Shown here in pieces: positions 12,068-22,653 of a stretch of DNA of 64,000 bases; position 1 is the first letter of the stretch, and every line of letters begins with the position of its first letter. Made by a program: the position numbers and the translations under genes. The notes below the pieces were generated by a model. It did no database searches. It saw nothing but the letters and a program-made list of their open reading frames with translations, and was not told the origin of the DNA. Source of the stretch: Cyanidioschyzon merolae (lineage: Eukaryota); assembly GCA_000091205.1 (NCBI GenBank), contig AP006492.2; one strand, 5' to 3'.

Positions 12068-13351
12068 TCACGCTTTACTGCGGTAGCGTCGCACCTTCTC
12101 GAGGAGCTGTCTCGCCTCGGGGTTGCGTTCAAAGTGGTCGCGTACAGGTTGCAGAATAAGATTCAAGGCTCGTGCAAGCGCCGGTTTCAAGTCCGACGGA
12201 TGCAAAGCACCAGAAGCATAGTCACGGGCCAGGTCGTCAAAAGCAGCGTAATGGACGGAGCCACCGTGTTCGGGGCGTCGGTCTACCGAAAATCCCCCGA
12301 GCTTCGGCATAACCATGTACTGCAAATATTCGATGCACGGATTACCCTCTACCACGCCCGGAGGGCAAAATGCCTTTTTGATTTTGGTATTGACTTCGAT
12401 TTCAGTGTCTTCCATGAATATAGCCGAGTCCGGATCTGACTTGGACATCTTCTCCTGGCCCTGCTTCAGGCCAGGCATCATCCGATGGGAGAGAATAACT
12501 GGCTTGTGAGGGAGCTTGCGCATGTCGCAGTACTCTCGAGCAAGCACGTTGACTTTGCGCTGGTCCATACCGAGCTGGCAGATATCAGCGCGGAGAAAGA
12601 ATATATCCGCGCATTGCATGCAGGGATAGAGAATTTGCGCAGCGGAAAGTTCATCAGACTCATTGCGTCCCATAATCTGGCAGCATCGAATGATTCGCGC
12701 CAGTGAATTGCGGCGCGCAATATCCATCACCAGCGTCCAGTACTCCGTCGAGCGTTTGGCGATTTCCTCGGACGCCCAGAGGAACTCGACGCGCTCCATA
12801 TCCATGCCGCAAGCTCTCCAGACTTCGATAAAATAGCGACCTACAGTGCGAATCTTTTCCAGATCGCCGCCCAGCTTGTTGTTCAGCTGTGCGAAATAGT
12901 CGGCAATCCAGAACTTGAATACGCAGCCCGCTGCAGTCAGTTTATTCACATTGAGTGCTTTCTGTACGCCCTGCGCGATATGCATACGACCAGAAGGCTC
13001 GAAGCCGTCGTAACAAACCGGCGCTGATTGCTTCTGTGCCAAGAGACGCCACAGTTCCTCTTCTTGAAGGCACTCTTCGGCAACAGATCGACAGAGTGCA
13101 TGGCGCTCTTCCAGCGTTAGAGATCCGGTCCACCAGGATGGTCGAGGCAGTTCTCGGAGCTTGCTGATCGTCACGAGGTCGATGCAGCCGCTGGTGTCCT
13201 GGTCTTGGGCCGGCACGGCTAACGCTCCTTCCGTCACCGGCAGGGCTTCGTTTTCTCCCTTAGTCTGTTGTTCGATTTTGGCGTGATGTTCCTGTTCTTG
13301 AACCAAAGATTCTGGTGCACCCTCTCCCATGAGTGTCGTAAAGCGAAGCAC
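12068..13351 (-). CDS. Tyrosyl-tRNA synthetase, cytosolic/eukaryotic type.
   Basis: The class I HIGH region is 'CYDGFEPSGRMHIAQG' and 'KMSKS' is present at 'GQEKMSKSDPDSAIF'. Overall collinearity with eukaryotic TyrRS. Confidence 0.9.
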   Translation of the reverse strand: MLRFTTLMGEGAPESLVQEQEHHAKIEQQTKGENEALPVTEGALAVPAQDQDTSGCIDLVTISKLRELPRPSWWTGSLTLEERHALCRSVAEECLQEEELWRLLAQKQSAPVCYDGFEPSGRMHIAQGVQKALNVNKLTAAGCVFKFWIADYFAQLNNKLGGDLEKIRTVGRYFIEVWRACGMDMERVEFLWASEEIAKRSTEYWTLVMDIARRNSLARIIRCCQIMGRNESDELSAAQILYPCMQCADIFFLRADICQLGMDQRKVNVLAREYCDMRKLPHKPVILSHRMMPGLKQGQEKMSKSDPDSAIFMEDTEIEVNTKIKKAFCPPGVVEGNPCIEYLQYMVMPKLGGFSVDRRPEHGGSVHYAAFDDLARDYASGALHPSDLKPALARALNLILQPVRDHFERNPEARQLLEKVRRYRSKA

Positions 13352-14938
13352 GCGGAGCCTTCGCGCTCTGTTGCGGTTTCCGAGGCAGCGTATACTCGTA
13401 CTGGTGGCGTTTCGTCGACCGAGACCTCAGGCCGCAGCGCGTGCGCCGCGTAACGGAAGCCCGCATGGCGACCCGCACGCCGGACATCCATGGGGGTTTC
13501 TCCTACTCTACGCCGAAGCGCGCGCCGGCAGGCAGGCGCCAGCAGCATCAGCGCCGCGTGGCGGCGTGCGGATCGCGATCCCCCAGCCGAGCACGGGCCG
13601 TACCTCTGGGCAGCGCACTCGTCGGTGGCAAGGTACAGACTGGACTCTGACTCTCAAGGAAAGAGGCTTCGAGTAGGATAGCTTTTGCTGGTGTACGTGA
13701 AGTTGGTAGTATTCGGGAACTGTTTGGCTCATGGAACGCGCAAGCACAGTGATGAAAACGTCGGTTTGACAGCGAGCACTGATTTCTTGAGGGCAGCTCT
13801 ACACCCCCGCCAAGACGCAGTGGAACGCGAGCCCGAACGCGGACGTCCATCTTGATGTTTGGGACTCTACCCAGTGCCATCAGCACAGGGCTTTTCGGCA
13901 AGTCTGCTGCGACTGCTTTCTTTTCTTCTCTCCTAGTTCTCGCTTTATATTAGCCCGTACTTCCATGTCGCTCCAGCTCCGTAGGCAGGCATCAAGGGAT
14001 GTCGATGGCCGCGTTCGAATCCGGATTTTGCCGCCTCCAGCTGCAGTTCATGCTTTTCATGCCCAGACGGAGGTTGTGACATATATTTTCGCATGCCAAT
14101 TCCATCTTCCTTGGACACAGCATTGATGCGTCTTTCGTGGCGGTGACAGTTGAATGCGTGAAGCGGTGTGCATGTACAAGTCCACGACGCCTCCTCTGCA
14201 TCCTCCTCAGGGCGCTGTCCTGTGGTGCTTGACGGCTCGCTTGGTCGTTCAGCACATGCCCTTGACCGGCACAGAAGGTTTCGTTCGACGTACGCCTCCG
14301 TTCCCGTGTCGGGTGCGGTGCCCTGCGATCACGAGATTCGCCCTGGCGAATCGCGCAGCGAGTCCTCTGTCTGCTGGATTTGCGAGCGCACGATGCTCCA
14401 TTCGATAGGGGAATCGTGGAGCGCGATTGTACCCATCATGGTACAAATACTGGAAGGAAAAACCACGATGGTGATCAAGTCGAGAAATTTCAATTCATCT
14501 ACGCTCATTTCGTGCAAGGCAGCGACGCAGATAATACAAGAAGCGATCGTTGCGAAGAAGGAGGTCCGAGTCCAGTACGCTTTCGCATGGGGACAAACGA
14601 GGCTGGAGCTTACGGAAATAGATTCCTCGAGCGTTATCATGGTGCAGTCAAGTCACGTCTCGTCGATTGTCGCCAGGGCAGGAGGATCTGAATTTCGTAT
14701 CGAATCGATGAGTTTGGCTTGAGAATTGCATTGAACCTTCGGCATGTGCTCATGAACAAGTCCTCAAACGCTGACATCGAGCGCCTTTTCTCTTCAATCC
14801 AGCGGCGCAAATTGATGCACGACGACTTTGCTTCAAAGAGAAAGATCAATACTTGAAGAAAGCTAGCGTCGAAGATGCCGCGTGCAAAGAACGGCGATAC
14901 ATGGAGTCACACACGTGTGGATTCTATGATGATATTCG

Positions 14939-15124
14939 TTATTTTACGAGCCCTTGTTCGAAGTTGCTGCGAACCACCTTGATTCCCACGAAATGACGAA
15001 TTTCAGCGGGAAAGCGCGGATGGAGCAAATCGGGAACAACCTGCAGCTGTCCTACAACTGCGTATGAATCCCGAAGCCTCCATTGCTGCTCTTTGAATAT
15101 CCATACTTTCGGTTTGAAACACAA
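14939..15124 (-). CDS. C-terminal exon of a small unidentified gene, member 1 of a 3-copy paralog family. Upstream exons are apparently separated by short introns up to ~15300.
   Basis: '...LLHPRFPAEIRHFVGIKVVRSNFEQGLVK*' is paralogous to the minus-strand C-termini ending at ~60064 ('...RRVADGFLYVSGVEMILDGLVQFFEK*') and ~63845 ('...AAGIRYVTGVKMIRDALEQGLVN*'). A conserved ~60-nt 3' flank is shared. Confidence 0.3.
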   Translation of the reverse strand: MCFKPKVWIFKEQQWRLRDSYAVVGQLQVVPDLLHPRFPAEIRHFVGIKVVRSNFEQGLVK

Positions 15125-16469
15125 ATTCTGTAAAGGTTCGAAACCTGGGAACAGAACTACGAGTTCAACGTTCCGTTTTGATCTGCTATCGTGTAGGGGT
15201 GAACACCAGTGCCCCGGAGCGTCGTCCTGCCAATCATCGGGGGCAGTTGCTGCTGATCAGCGGCCAATCTTTATCCTTCCACTGGCACGATCACGACATA
15301 CACCATGAGGTTTAGGACCTGGAGGCCGACGGCTTTATTCCAAATGAGCCCATTCGTTGGCACTTGATCTATGATGTCTTGCACATCCAAGGCCCGTGAC
15401 TGATCTCCGATGCGTTGATTTCAATGGCCTCTGCAACCGGCAAGTATTAGCCAAGGTGGCTCGCTGTACTCGGCGCGATGAAGCCTAGAACGTCTGCACT
15501 AGCATGCCATTTTGTCTTCCCTTGTGTTATCTGCAGGGATTCAACAAATGGAATGTCTCCTGGATTGTGGAGAATGGTCACGGGAAGGCTTTATTCCTCC
15601 GGAATTTTTCGACCGAAACCTTCATGCACCAACACAACTGATACTCGGGACATACGACGCAATACGGCCTAATTGCAGGATCAGAGACTCGCAAAACATT
15701 TATGCCAGAATACCTGGGCGTATCGGCATGCCACCTCGGTACCCCGAACATCCACAACGCCGGTACCAGAACGGATGAAACCTACATCAGGAAACAACAC
15801 GGTACGATGGTCCATATCCAGCGCATCATGAAGCAAACTCTACGACCTTTATAACCTCACCCGAATGGTACGGAAAAGTAAATACTGATATAAAGAATTC
15901 TTGAGATATGGACGAAGGCAAATGACGAGCTGACGCGGAACCATACGAGATGGTATCGAGATCGAAGGAGAAGTCGTAACGAGCGCGAGAGACGCTTAAG
16001 ATCGACCAAGCGCATGGTGTTGTGGTCTCGTTCTCGGACACACGTGGCTAACACTCCAAGGAGCGCTGCAACGTGATACCGGCCTGTTTTGGATGACGTG
16101 CTTCTGCGTTTCTCTTGACAGAAATCTTGAGAGCACAGCACAATTCCTCCATAGATTCGAGAGCAGTGGTCGCTTTCGACGTCCTTTAAGTATGACCCGC
16201 ATTCTTCAAGTCTAATTATTTCCCAGTTAACACATGTGTACTGCAGTCTGTCGCATCGTTCGTGAGCTACGTCTGGTCTCTTTGAGCAAGTACGAAGCAT
16301 CCAAAGTCACTTGCGAAAAGCGTTGACGGGACTCGTTCATCGTTCCTCAGCCACAGGGATGAAATGAGAAGAAGCTGATCGGATGATGGAGACTGACGGC
16401 ATATCAATCTGCATGCACTATGTGCAACATAAACCCGGGTCGTGGACCGAGACTCCTTTTCAAAGTTTC

Positions 16470-17512
16470 AAGACAGACGAAGACGAAGACGCCGCGCTGA
16501 GCGTGTGGATCGCCCGATGAAGCACACGGCAGCCGTCGCAGTACGTTTCAATCCACAGGACAGATCCAACGATCTGAACGAAAAGCAGATGAAGCTGCAT
16601 ACGTTCTTCAGGGCTCCGTGCGAGCGCGAGTCGAGCACCTTGATCGCCAGCGCGCATGCGAACGACTGAAACAGCGGCATCGCGACCAATCTCGACGCTC
16701 TGAATACCGCATCGAGCAGCTAATCACGCTTTGATCGCTTCACGCTGACACTTCGTGTACGTCCAAATGGCTCATGTGGACGTCCTTCGGCAGGCCGACA
16801 CGGAACCGCGTCCGAGTCGCCGACGTTTTCGGCTTTATGGAGACCGGCAACGGACTTTCGCCAACCCGGTCCATGAGTTGGAAAAAGCAAATCACCGAAA
16901 AGCCGTATGCACTGGTGGTAGCCTACGGCAATGCGCGTTCTGTGACGCCTGAAGACAGCGCTCGTTTTCGCTCGACGAGCGCGTGCAACCAGTGCAGACA
17001 TTGATGCCGCACGATTCCCATCAACGAATTCCGGGCTTCGACGTACGCACACCATGAGCACGGGTGCACGCTAGATCTGCCTGAGACACAGAGCATGGAA
17101 CAGAGCCGAATACAATGGATGCTGTATTGTGAACTGAACAAGCGTCAAATGGCGCAGTACCTGGAAAAGGAGACGCATCCTACGATGTGATTCCGCGAAG
17201 AGATGATGCGCGCAACCACGAGATGCACCGAAAGCTGAACGCCTCAATCAAGATCCGGAAGCATCTCGTGGTTTCGGAGGATTCAGCGGTATTCTGTGGA
17301 GCGACACTTGTGAGCGCATCGTTTTGTATACAGTATATGCATTGTGTTGGCACGTCGAAGACTTGCAGGGAGAAAAATCAGCCGTCATCCGGGCTGGCAT
17401 TGGACGCTTGCCTGGAGCAGCGCGCATCTATAATGGGGTCCAGCAAGCAGGCAAGCATGAATCGCCATATATACATTGGGAATGGTCTCCCTGCGTCATT
17501 GGTGAACGATAA
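16470..17512. repeat. Interspersed repeat family A, copy 1 (~1.04 kb). About 97% identical to 32103..33142, direct orientation.
   Basis: The ORF pairs are duplicated exactly or nearly so, for example 16755..16952 and 32386..32583, 17187.. and 32818... Sharp similarity boundaries at 'agacgaagacgaagacgccgcgctgagcgtgtgg' on the left and '...ggtgaacgataa' on the right. No recognisable protein domain. Confidence 0.8.
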
Positions 17513-18219
17513 GACTTCTCCACTACTCCATTCTACTGAATATACCAAACACACACTGAAAGACATTCATGAAGCAGGCGATCTAGTGCCTCGTAGCGCT
17601 GTCCTCGTGGCCGTGGCGCGTGTTGTGGCGCCTGGAGACCTGCCAACGAGCAGCGATCGTGCATCCCATACCAGTACGTAATACGCATTCAGTTCGTTAC
17701 ATGCAGTCATGTTGCGAGGAGCATGTCGCGCTGTCCAGCAGCCGTGGAAACTCCTGTCTGATGCATGCATCTCTTCGCAGACAAGTCGTCTGAGAAATGT
17801 ACAAATGATGTTTGGCTGAGTTTAGCATGCGCAACGCTGATATTCTATAAACACAGACTATCGCTCCAAGTTCCCAGTACAAATTGCTGAGCCAGCATCT
17901 CGCTCCATTTCCGAGATCGGTCGCTAGTAAGCGTAACGCCTTGTCGGCGACGAGCGCTGTACCTCGCACAACACAGATCGAAATTGGAGCCGCTGGCACT
18001 CGGTACACCTCTGTTGCAGACCAGCATCAAGAATGCAGCGATCGTGTCTATCACTCGCGTATAGCACATGGCACCTGTGGGCGTCTACCATTCGGTTTTG
18101 AGGGACGGAGCGCCAAGGTTTCCCGGTCATTTGCTCGGTCTCCGTAGACACGACGACATATCACGTGATCGAAGGTAAACAGCACGCATCGATGATACGG
18201 TGCAGATACGAGAGCGCAT

Positions 18220-19170
18220 CTAGAGCTGTGCCTCCATATCCTTGGTTATACCTTTCATGGTAGGCTCTAGGACACGATCGATAAGTCCATACTCCCGCGC
18301 TTCTGCAGCCGTAAAATAGCGATCTCGCCGAAAATCCTCCTTGATCTTTTCCACCGGGTGTCCCGTAAATTCTGACAGATGATGAAGCCATTGGTCGCGT
18401 TGGCGCAGCACGTTCAGAACTTCAGTCTTAATATCCTCTGCACTGCCCTCGACATCATCCAGTAGACTCGGCTGCTGGAACAGAAACCTAGCGTTTGGTA
18501 GCGCAAATCGTTTCCCTTTTGTCCCGCCAGCGACAAGGAACGCACCCATACCCGCCGCCATACCCATGTTCAACGTTATGACATCGAACGGCAAGTTTTT
18601 CACGCAATCGTAAATCATCATCCCCGCAGTGTAAATACCGCCCGGTATCTGACAATAGAGCCGCACAGGTGACACCGAGTCTTCCTCCTTCATCTGCAAT
18701 AACAACGCGACGGTCTGATTAGCGACTTCCTCGTCTATTTCCTCACCGAGGAAAATTATTCGGTCTTTATTTAAGCGTTGCATGAGGTCAATGAAAACGT
18801 ACTCCTGCATGCCGGGACCGCGGTACGGCACCCGCGGCATTGTCCGACTCATCTGTACGAGCTGGCAGGCGTTACGCTGGCACCGCCGACGTCCCGAGCA
18901 CGTGTTCCCAGCGCGGTACACGCCTTGTCCACGAAGGTATACGAGCTTGTGGAGAAAGCCCTCGCCAGCCCGGGCACCGCGTGAACGGACGCCCCGTCCA
19001 GCACCAGAGTCTATACCGGCTACGCGACGGACCAGCGTACGTCGTGTTTGCGCTGCCCCAGGACTGGAGCTCGCCAGTGATGAAACGAACATATTCAACC
19101 AGTCAGAGCGATGTGTAAATCGTTCAACAGACGCTTGGCTAGTGGCGTAGCGCTTTGAGGACAACAACAC
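18220..19170 (-). CDS. ClpR-like protein, a catalytically inactive paralog of the ClpP protease subunit, with an N-terminal targeting-like extension.
   Basis: The ClpP fold is clear in 'RIIFLGEEIDEEVANQTVALLLQM...IPGGIYTAGMMIYD...MGMAAGMGAFLVAGG...RFALPNARFLFQQP...RDRYFTAAEAREYGLIDRVL'. The catalytic Ser in G-x-AAS-MG is Gly ('AAGMG') and the catalytic His in MIHQP is Gln ('FLFQQP'). The Asp of 'RDRF' is retained. Confidence 0.8.
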   Translation of the reverse strand: MLLSSKRYATSQASVERFTHRSDWLNMFVSSLASSSPGAAQTRRTLVRRVAGIDSGAGRGVRSRGARAGEGFLHKLVYLRGQGVYRAGNTCSGRRRCQRNACQLVQMSRTMPRVPYRGPGMQEYVFIDLMQRLNKDRIIFLGEEIDEEVANQTVALLLQMKEEDSVSPVRLYCQIPGGIYTAGMMIYDCVKNLPFDVITLNMGMAAGMGAFLVAGGTKGKRFALPNARFLFQQPSLLDDVEGSAEDIKTEVLNVLRQRDQWLHHLSEFTGHPVEKIKEDFRRDRYFTAAEAREYGLIDRVLEPTMKGITKDMEAQL

Positions 19171-19298
19171 GAAGATGCAGTGGTTACGTCATGCGCTGCG
19201 ATGAACGTGTCGGGTGCGTCGGCGCGGCAGGTGCACCAGTCTAGTGGCATTCGTTCACTGTTTCGCGAACAGCGACTCCAAGGCTTGTTACCGCATAG

Positions 19299-20021
19299 TT
19301 GACGTACCCTGGTGCGTATGGGGGCGGAATGCACGATCACCGACCTGGGCATACCGACTCGCTTGAGCGTGACGATAAGCTGTCTGCTGAGGACCTTTTA
19401 ACGTTTGCTGTAAAGGCCGTTTTCGAACGCTGGACTGCTTTGCGGCTCGCAATAGCTGGATGCTGGGCTGGTTCGGACACCACGGAGCGCGTTGACGACC
19501 TCATCGACGACGTGATCGAGCTTTGTCTGGGTCAGAGGCAGCGAGCGGATGGAAATATCTTGCCGTACTCGCAGAGGATACTGAGTTCTTGGCTAGAGGA
19601 CTTTTTCGTCGAGGACTGTTCTGCCGACGTTGAAGACGGCAGCATCGGGCAAGTCGCTGTTGTGATCGATGGCTTGCGGACGGAGATCTTGCGTGCAGCG
19701 CCGTGTCCTGTCGCAATGTGGCGCGAGGTGTGTCCTGAGCTCGCCAAACTCGCGGATCGGGTGCGATCAGAGCGAGCGCAAGGCCGGTCGCTGCTCGCTT
19801 CTACTGAAGAGTCGTCAACTTCCGAGGGAAGCCTCAGTGCGGAGCAGCGCGCAGAAGACAGCGTTGCTGACAATGCGATGGAAATACTGCCACGACCAAC
19901 AGCGGATAATCCCTCTGATGCCAATGAAGAGAATGACACTACTGAGCTACCTCTCGTAGATGAGGACGGCTTCCAGCTCGTTGTTTCGCGTCGACATCGG
20001 CGAGCATTTAAGTCAACGTAG
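19299..20021 (+). CDS. TSR2-like pre-rRNA processing protein.
   Basis: The N-terminal region 'FAVKAVFERWTALRLAIAGCWAG' is TSR2-domain-like. There is an acidic middle and a C-terminal 'DEDGFQLVVSRRHRR' resembling the TSR2 C-terminal D-DGW-V-RK motif. Confidence 0.55.
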   Translation: MTYPGAYGGGMHDHRPGHTDSLERDDKLSAEDLLTFAVKAVFERWTALRLAIAGCWAGSDTTERVDDLIDDVIELCLGQRQRADGNILPYSQRILSSWLEDFFVEDCSADVEDGSIGQVAVVIDGLRTEILRAAPCPVAMWREVCPELAKLADRVRSERAQGRSLLASTEESSTSEGSLSAEQRAEDSVADNAMEILPRPTADNPSDANEENDTTELPLVDEDGFQLVVSRRHRRAFKST

Positions 20022-20934
20022 CATAGCGGGCCTGCGACATGCACGATATTCTTGGATCCACTGGATGCACCCACTTGCCAGCCGGCAGGTAACTGGATGG
20101 AGTCTGCTGGTGGCAACTCGAAAGATAACTTCCCCTGCGAAGCTTACAGTGGTGTCGTGGTGTCGGCGACTTGCTCCAGCATGACGCTGTTTCGTACTTG
20201 GACCGACGATTCGCACGGATTCGTCTTCCATACAGGCATTGGTACTGATGCCTTTTCCTCGAACGAGTCGTATGCTCAGCTGATTGCGTTCATTTCAGTT
20301 GCTGTACCGAGATTCTCTGACAAAGCGCCTCGGATCCACGGCACAATCATTGATGTCATGCTCGCAATCCATCGGCGTTTCTTTTTGCGCGCGGCCTTGA
20401 GCTGCACCTCCGATTCCATGGAGTAAAACAGCGTAGAGCGCGTCTGTCCTACTTTTCAATATACGATCGGCTGTACTTACATGATCCTGGATGCCCGCAA
20501 AAGATGAAGCTCGGCTTCCGTACCATTCACTTCTCATTGGCCTCGAGTGCGGTGGCCACAGCTGTAAGATGTACGAGCTGGAACGGTAGCAGAAGCACTG
20601 GCAGCGCTCCTGACGAACATTTGTGTTCACGTTCTGCGATTTTATGTGTGCCCGATGGGAAATCCCTGTTGTGGTCGAAGCGGATCGACACCGCGTCAGC
20701 GGCAATGCCTCAAGTTCACGTCTCGTACAGAAGCATTGCTCCAAAATCTCCGTTTATGATGCGCAGGATTTTCTGATTCCGGAGCGCATGAGCAGCGCTG
20801 TCATGAAGAGCGATCGTGAATGATCACGCTGGGTGCCCCACGAGATGCCTGATGCATATTCTCGCACCGAAGTATTGCTCTATCATCGCCGTTCGCAACG
20901 CACACGACTAACTGAATGCGACGAGCGACGGACG

Positions 20935-22653
20935 CTACAGCGCAGTACGATACTCCACGCTCACCTTCGCCGCACCGAGAAGATGTCTGTGGATATTTTG
21001 GCGATGTCGCTCTCGCGAATACGCTTCTTTCAAGGCCTTTTTGACCGCTCTGCGCTCCCGTCGTTGCGCTTTGAGAAGCCGCTTCTCTTCGCGCGAATCG
21101 TTGGCACCGCCATGCCTCAGCACCCGTGAATTCCCTGCCACCATCTGTTCCTGATTGGGACTCTCAGCGGATATCCTTACACCAGACGGCAGTGGCGGGA
21201 AAGCATCTGCCGGTTGCCGCTGTTCAATGATTGCACCGTGCGCTGCGTTCGAGCCTAGATGCGGTACTGCCTTCTCAGACTCAGGCAAGTCGAGCTCGCG
21301 CGCTGTCTGACGACCCGCGCTGCTGCCGCGCACACACCGGATGAGCTGCGGTACATACCGGCCCGCAGCAGCTCTGGCGACGGATCCGGACTCTGCGGTG
21401 ATCCGATCTGCACTGCATACATCATCACTGGAGCTCCAATGATCGCTCCAGTCCGAGGCATCAGATTCCGTGCTGTAGCAGGCGTTGTTATCGTCGGATA
21501 GGCGCTCATGCGGTGGCGCTCTAGGCGCTATCGCGGTGCAGCGGGGCGCAACTTGATCAGGATGCGCGATGCGCGGTACGACCTGGCGAGCGTCAAGGCC
21601 CGCCGCGATTTCAGCTGGACCATGCAGTTCACGACATCCTTTCGCTGAACCAGACTGGATGCCTTCCGTCATGCCATTTGAAGGTTCGCAGTGGGCGGCG
21701 TCTCTGGAGCGAAGTTGCACACGCTGAAAATCCTTTGTAGGATCCACACGTAATCGTCGCAGATCCTCCTCAAAGTCGGCCAGCATCCGGTCGAAAACGT
21801 CTGGGGAATGCGGGTGCCGAGCGGTCGGCGACGCGGTGCATGCATCCGGTTCGCCTGGATCACCATGGTCTGCATACACAGTCTGTAGAAAGGAATCGAA
21901 TTGTTCATCCAAGAAGTCTCTAGGACGCCTCTGCACTGGGCGTTGCTTCTGGGTTGCGTCAACGTCTCGAAAGCGGACATCAACCGCGTTCTTCGAAAGA
22001 GAACATGTACCGACTAGTGCGTTTGCCTGAAGCACAAAGTCGTCGGTAAGCTCGTCAGCTGAGGCGACATCTGCAGCAGAGCATGCTGTTTCTTCGGACT
22101 CAGATCCCGCCTCGGAGGCTTCCTCGTCAGACGCCAGTAGATCCAGCACCCGATTCAGGTCCGACGCAAGTTCAGGGTCAGCGGGGTCTCGAGCGCCAGC
22201 GGAGCCGCAGGCGTCGCATGCTCGCGTGTTCAGGTCAGTGGCGATTATTGGCGCTGGGATAAATACTCCATCGCCACGCTCTCGAAAATGCTGTTCATAG
22301 TCGTATCCATCATCTGGAAAGGTGTCTTCCGGGATGAAAAGCGATTTTTCCTGCTGATAGGCGCGTTCTGCTTCAGCGAAAAACGCCTCTTCTGCTTCAC
22401 TCACCGGCCGGGCGTAAATGGTATGCGTCTCAAGCTGCTGCATCCGCTCACTTGGAAGAACTGCCTCTTCTGTATGGGGATCCAATCGAGGTGCTTGGAG
22501 TACGAGCACCCGGCGGTGAACGTCGCTGCTCGTGACTTCGGAGGTCTCGCCATTGCGCTCCGACAGTGACTCGTGGAGCAGGATGTACGTACGGCAGCTT
22601 CGTCGTCTCTGTCGTGACCGAGGCATCGTACCGTTGGACGCTCGCTGCTGCAC
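20935..22653 (-). CDS. LTV1-like ribosome biogenesis factor.
   Basis: The N-terminus 'MPRSRQRRRSCRTYILLHESLSERN' resembles LTV1 'MPKKKFIDKK..TFHLVHRSQRDP'. 'PDDGYDYEQHFRERGDGVFIPAP' is an LTV1-like block. There are acidic stretches and a basic C-terminus 'KRLLKAQRRERRAVKKALKE'. The true start is probably the second Met. Confidence 0.5.
   Translation of the reverse strand: MQQRASNGTMPRSRQRRRSCRTYILLHESLSERNGETSEVTSSDVHRRVLVLQAPRLDPHTEEAVLPSERMQQLETHTIYARPVSEAEEAFFAEAERAYQQEKSLFIPEDTFPDDGYDYEQHFRERGDGVFIPAPIIATDLNTRACDACGSAGARDPADPELASDLNRVLDLLASDEEASEAGSESEETACSAADVASADELTDDFVLQANALVGTCSLSKNAVDVRFRDVDATQKQRPVQRRPRDFLDEQFDSFLQTVYADHGDPGEPDACTASPTARHPHSPDVFDRMLADFEEDLRRLRVDPTKDFQRVQLRSRDAAHCEPSNGMTEGIQSGSAKGCRELHGPAEIAAGLDARQVVPRIAHPDQVAPRCTAIAPRAPPHERLSDDNNACYSTESDASDWSDHWSSSDDVCSADRITAESGSVARAAAGRYVPQLIRCVRGSSAGRQTARELDLPESEKAVPHLGSNAAHGAIIEQRQPADAFPPLPSGVRISAESPNQEQMVAGNSRVLRHGGANDSREEKRLLKAQRRERRAVKKALKEAYSRERHRQNIHRHLLGAAKVSVEYRTAL

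Noticed and set aside
13995-14035. tRNA-like T-loop motif 'gcgttcgaatccgg'
   Set aside because: The flanking sequence cannot form a 5-bp T-stem, acceptor stem or anticodon arm in either orientation. It is likely a chance match.
14329-14640. 103-aa minus-strand ORF compared to roadblock/LC7, LAMTOR and sedlin families
   Set aside because: No convincing motif alignment to any of them. Left unassigned.
16755-17681. Small ORFs (65-164 aa) inside repeat A as genes
   Set aside because: No recognisable domain. They are conserved only because the whole repeat is ~97% identical, and multiple overlapping frames are open.
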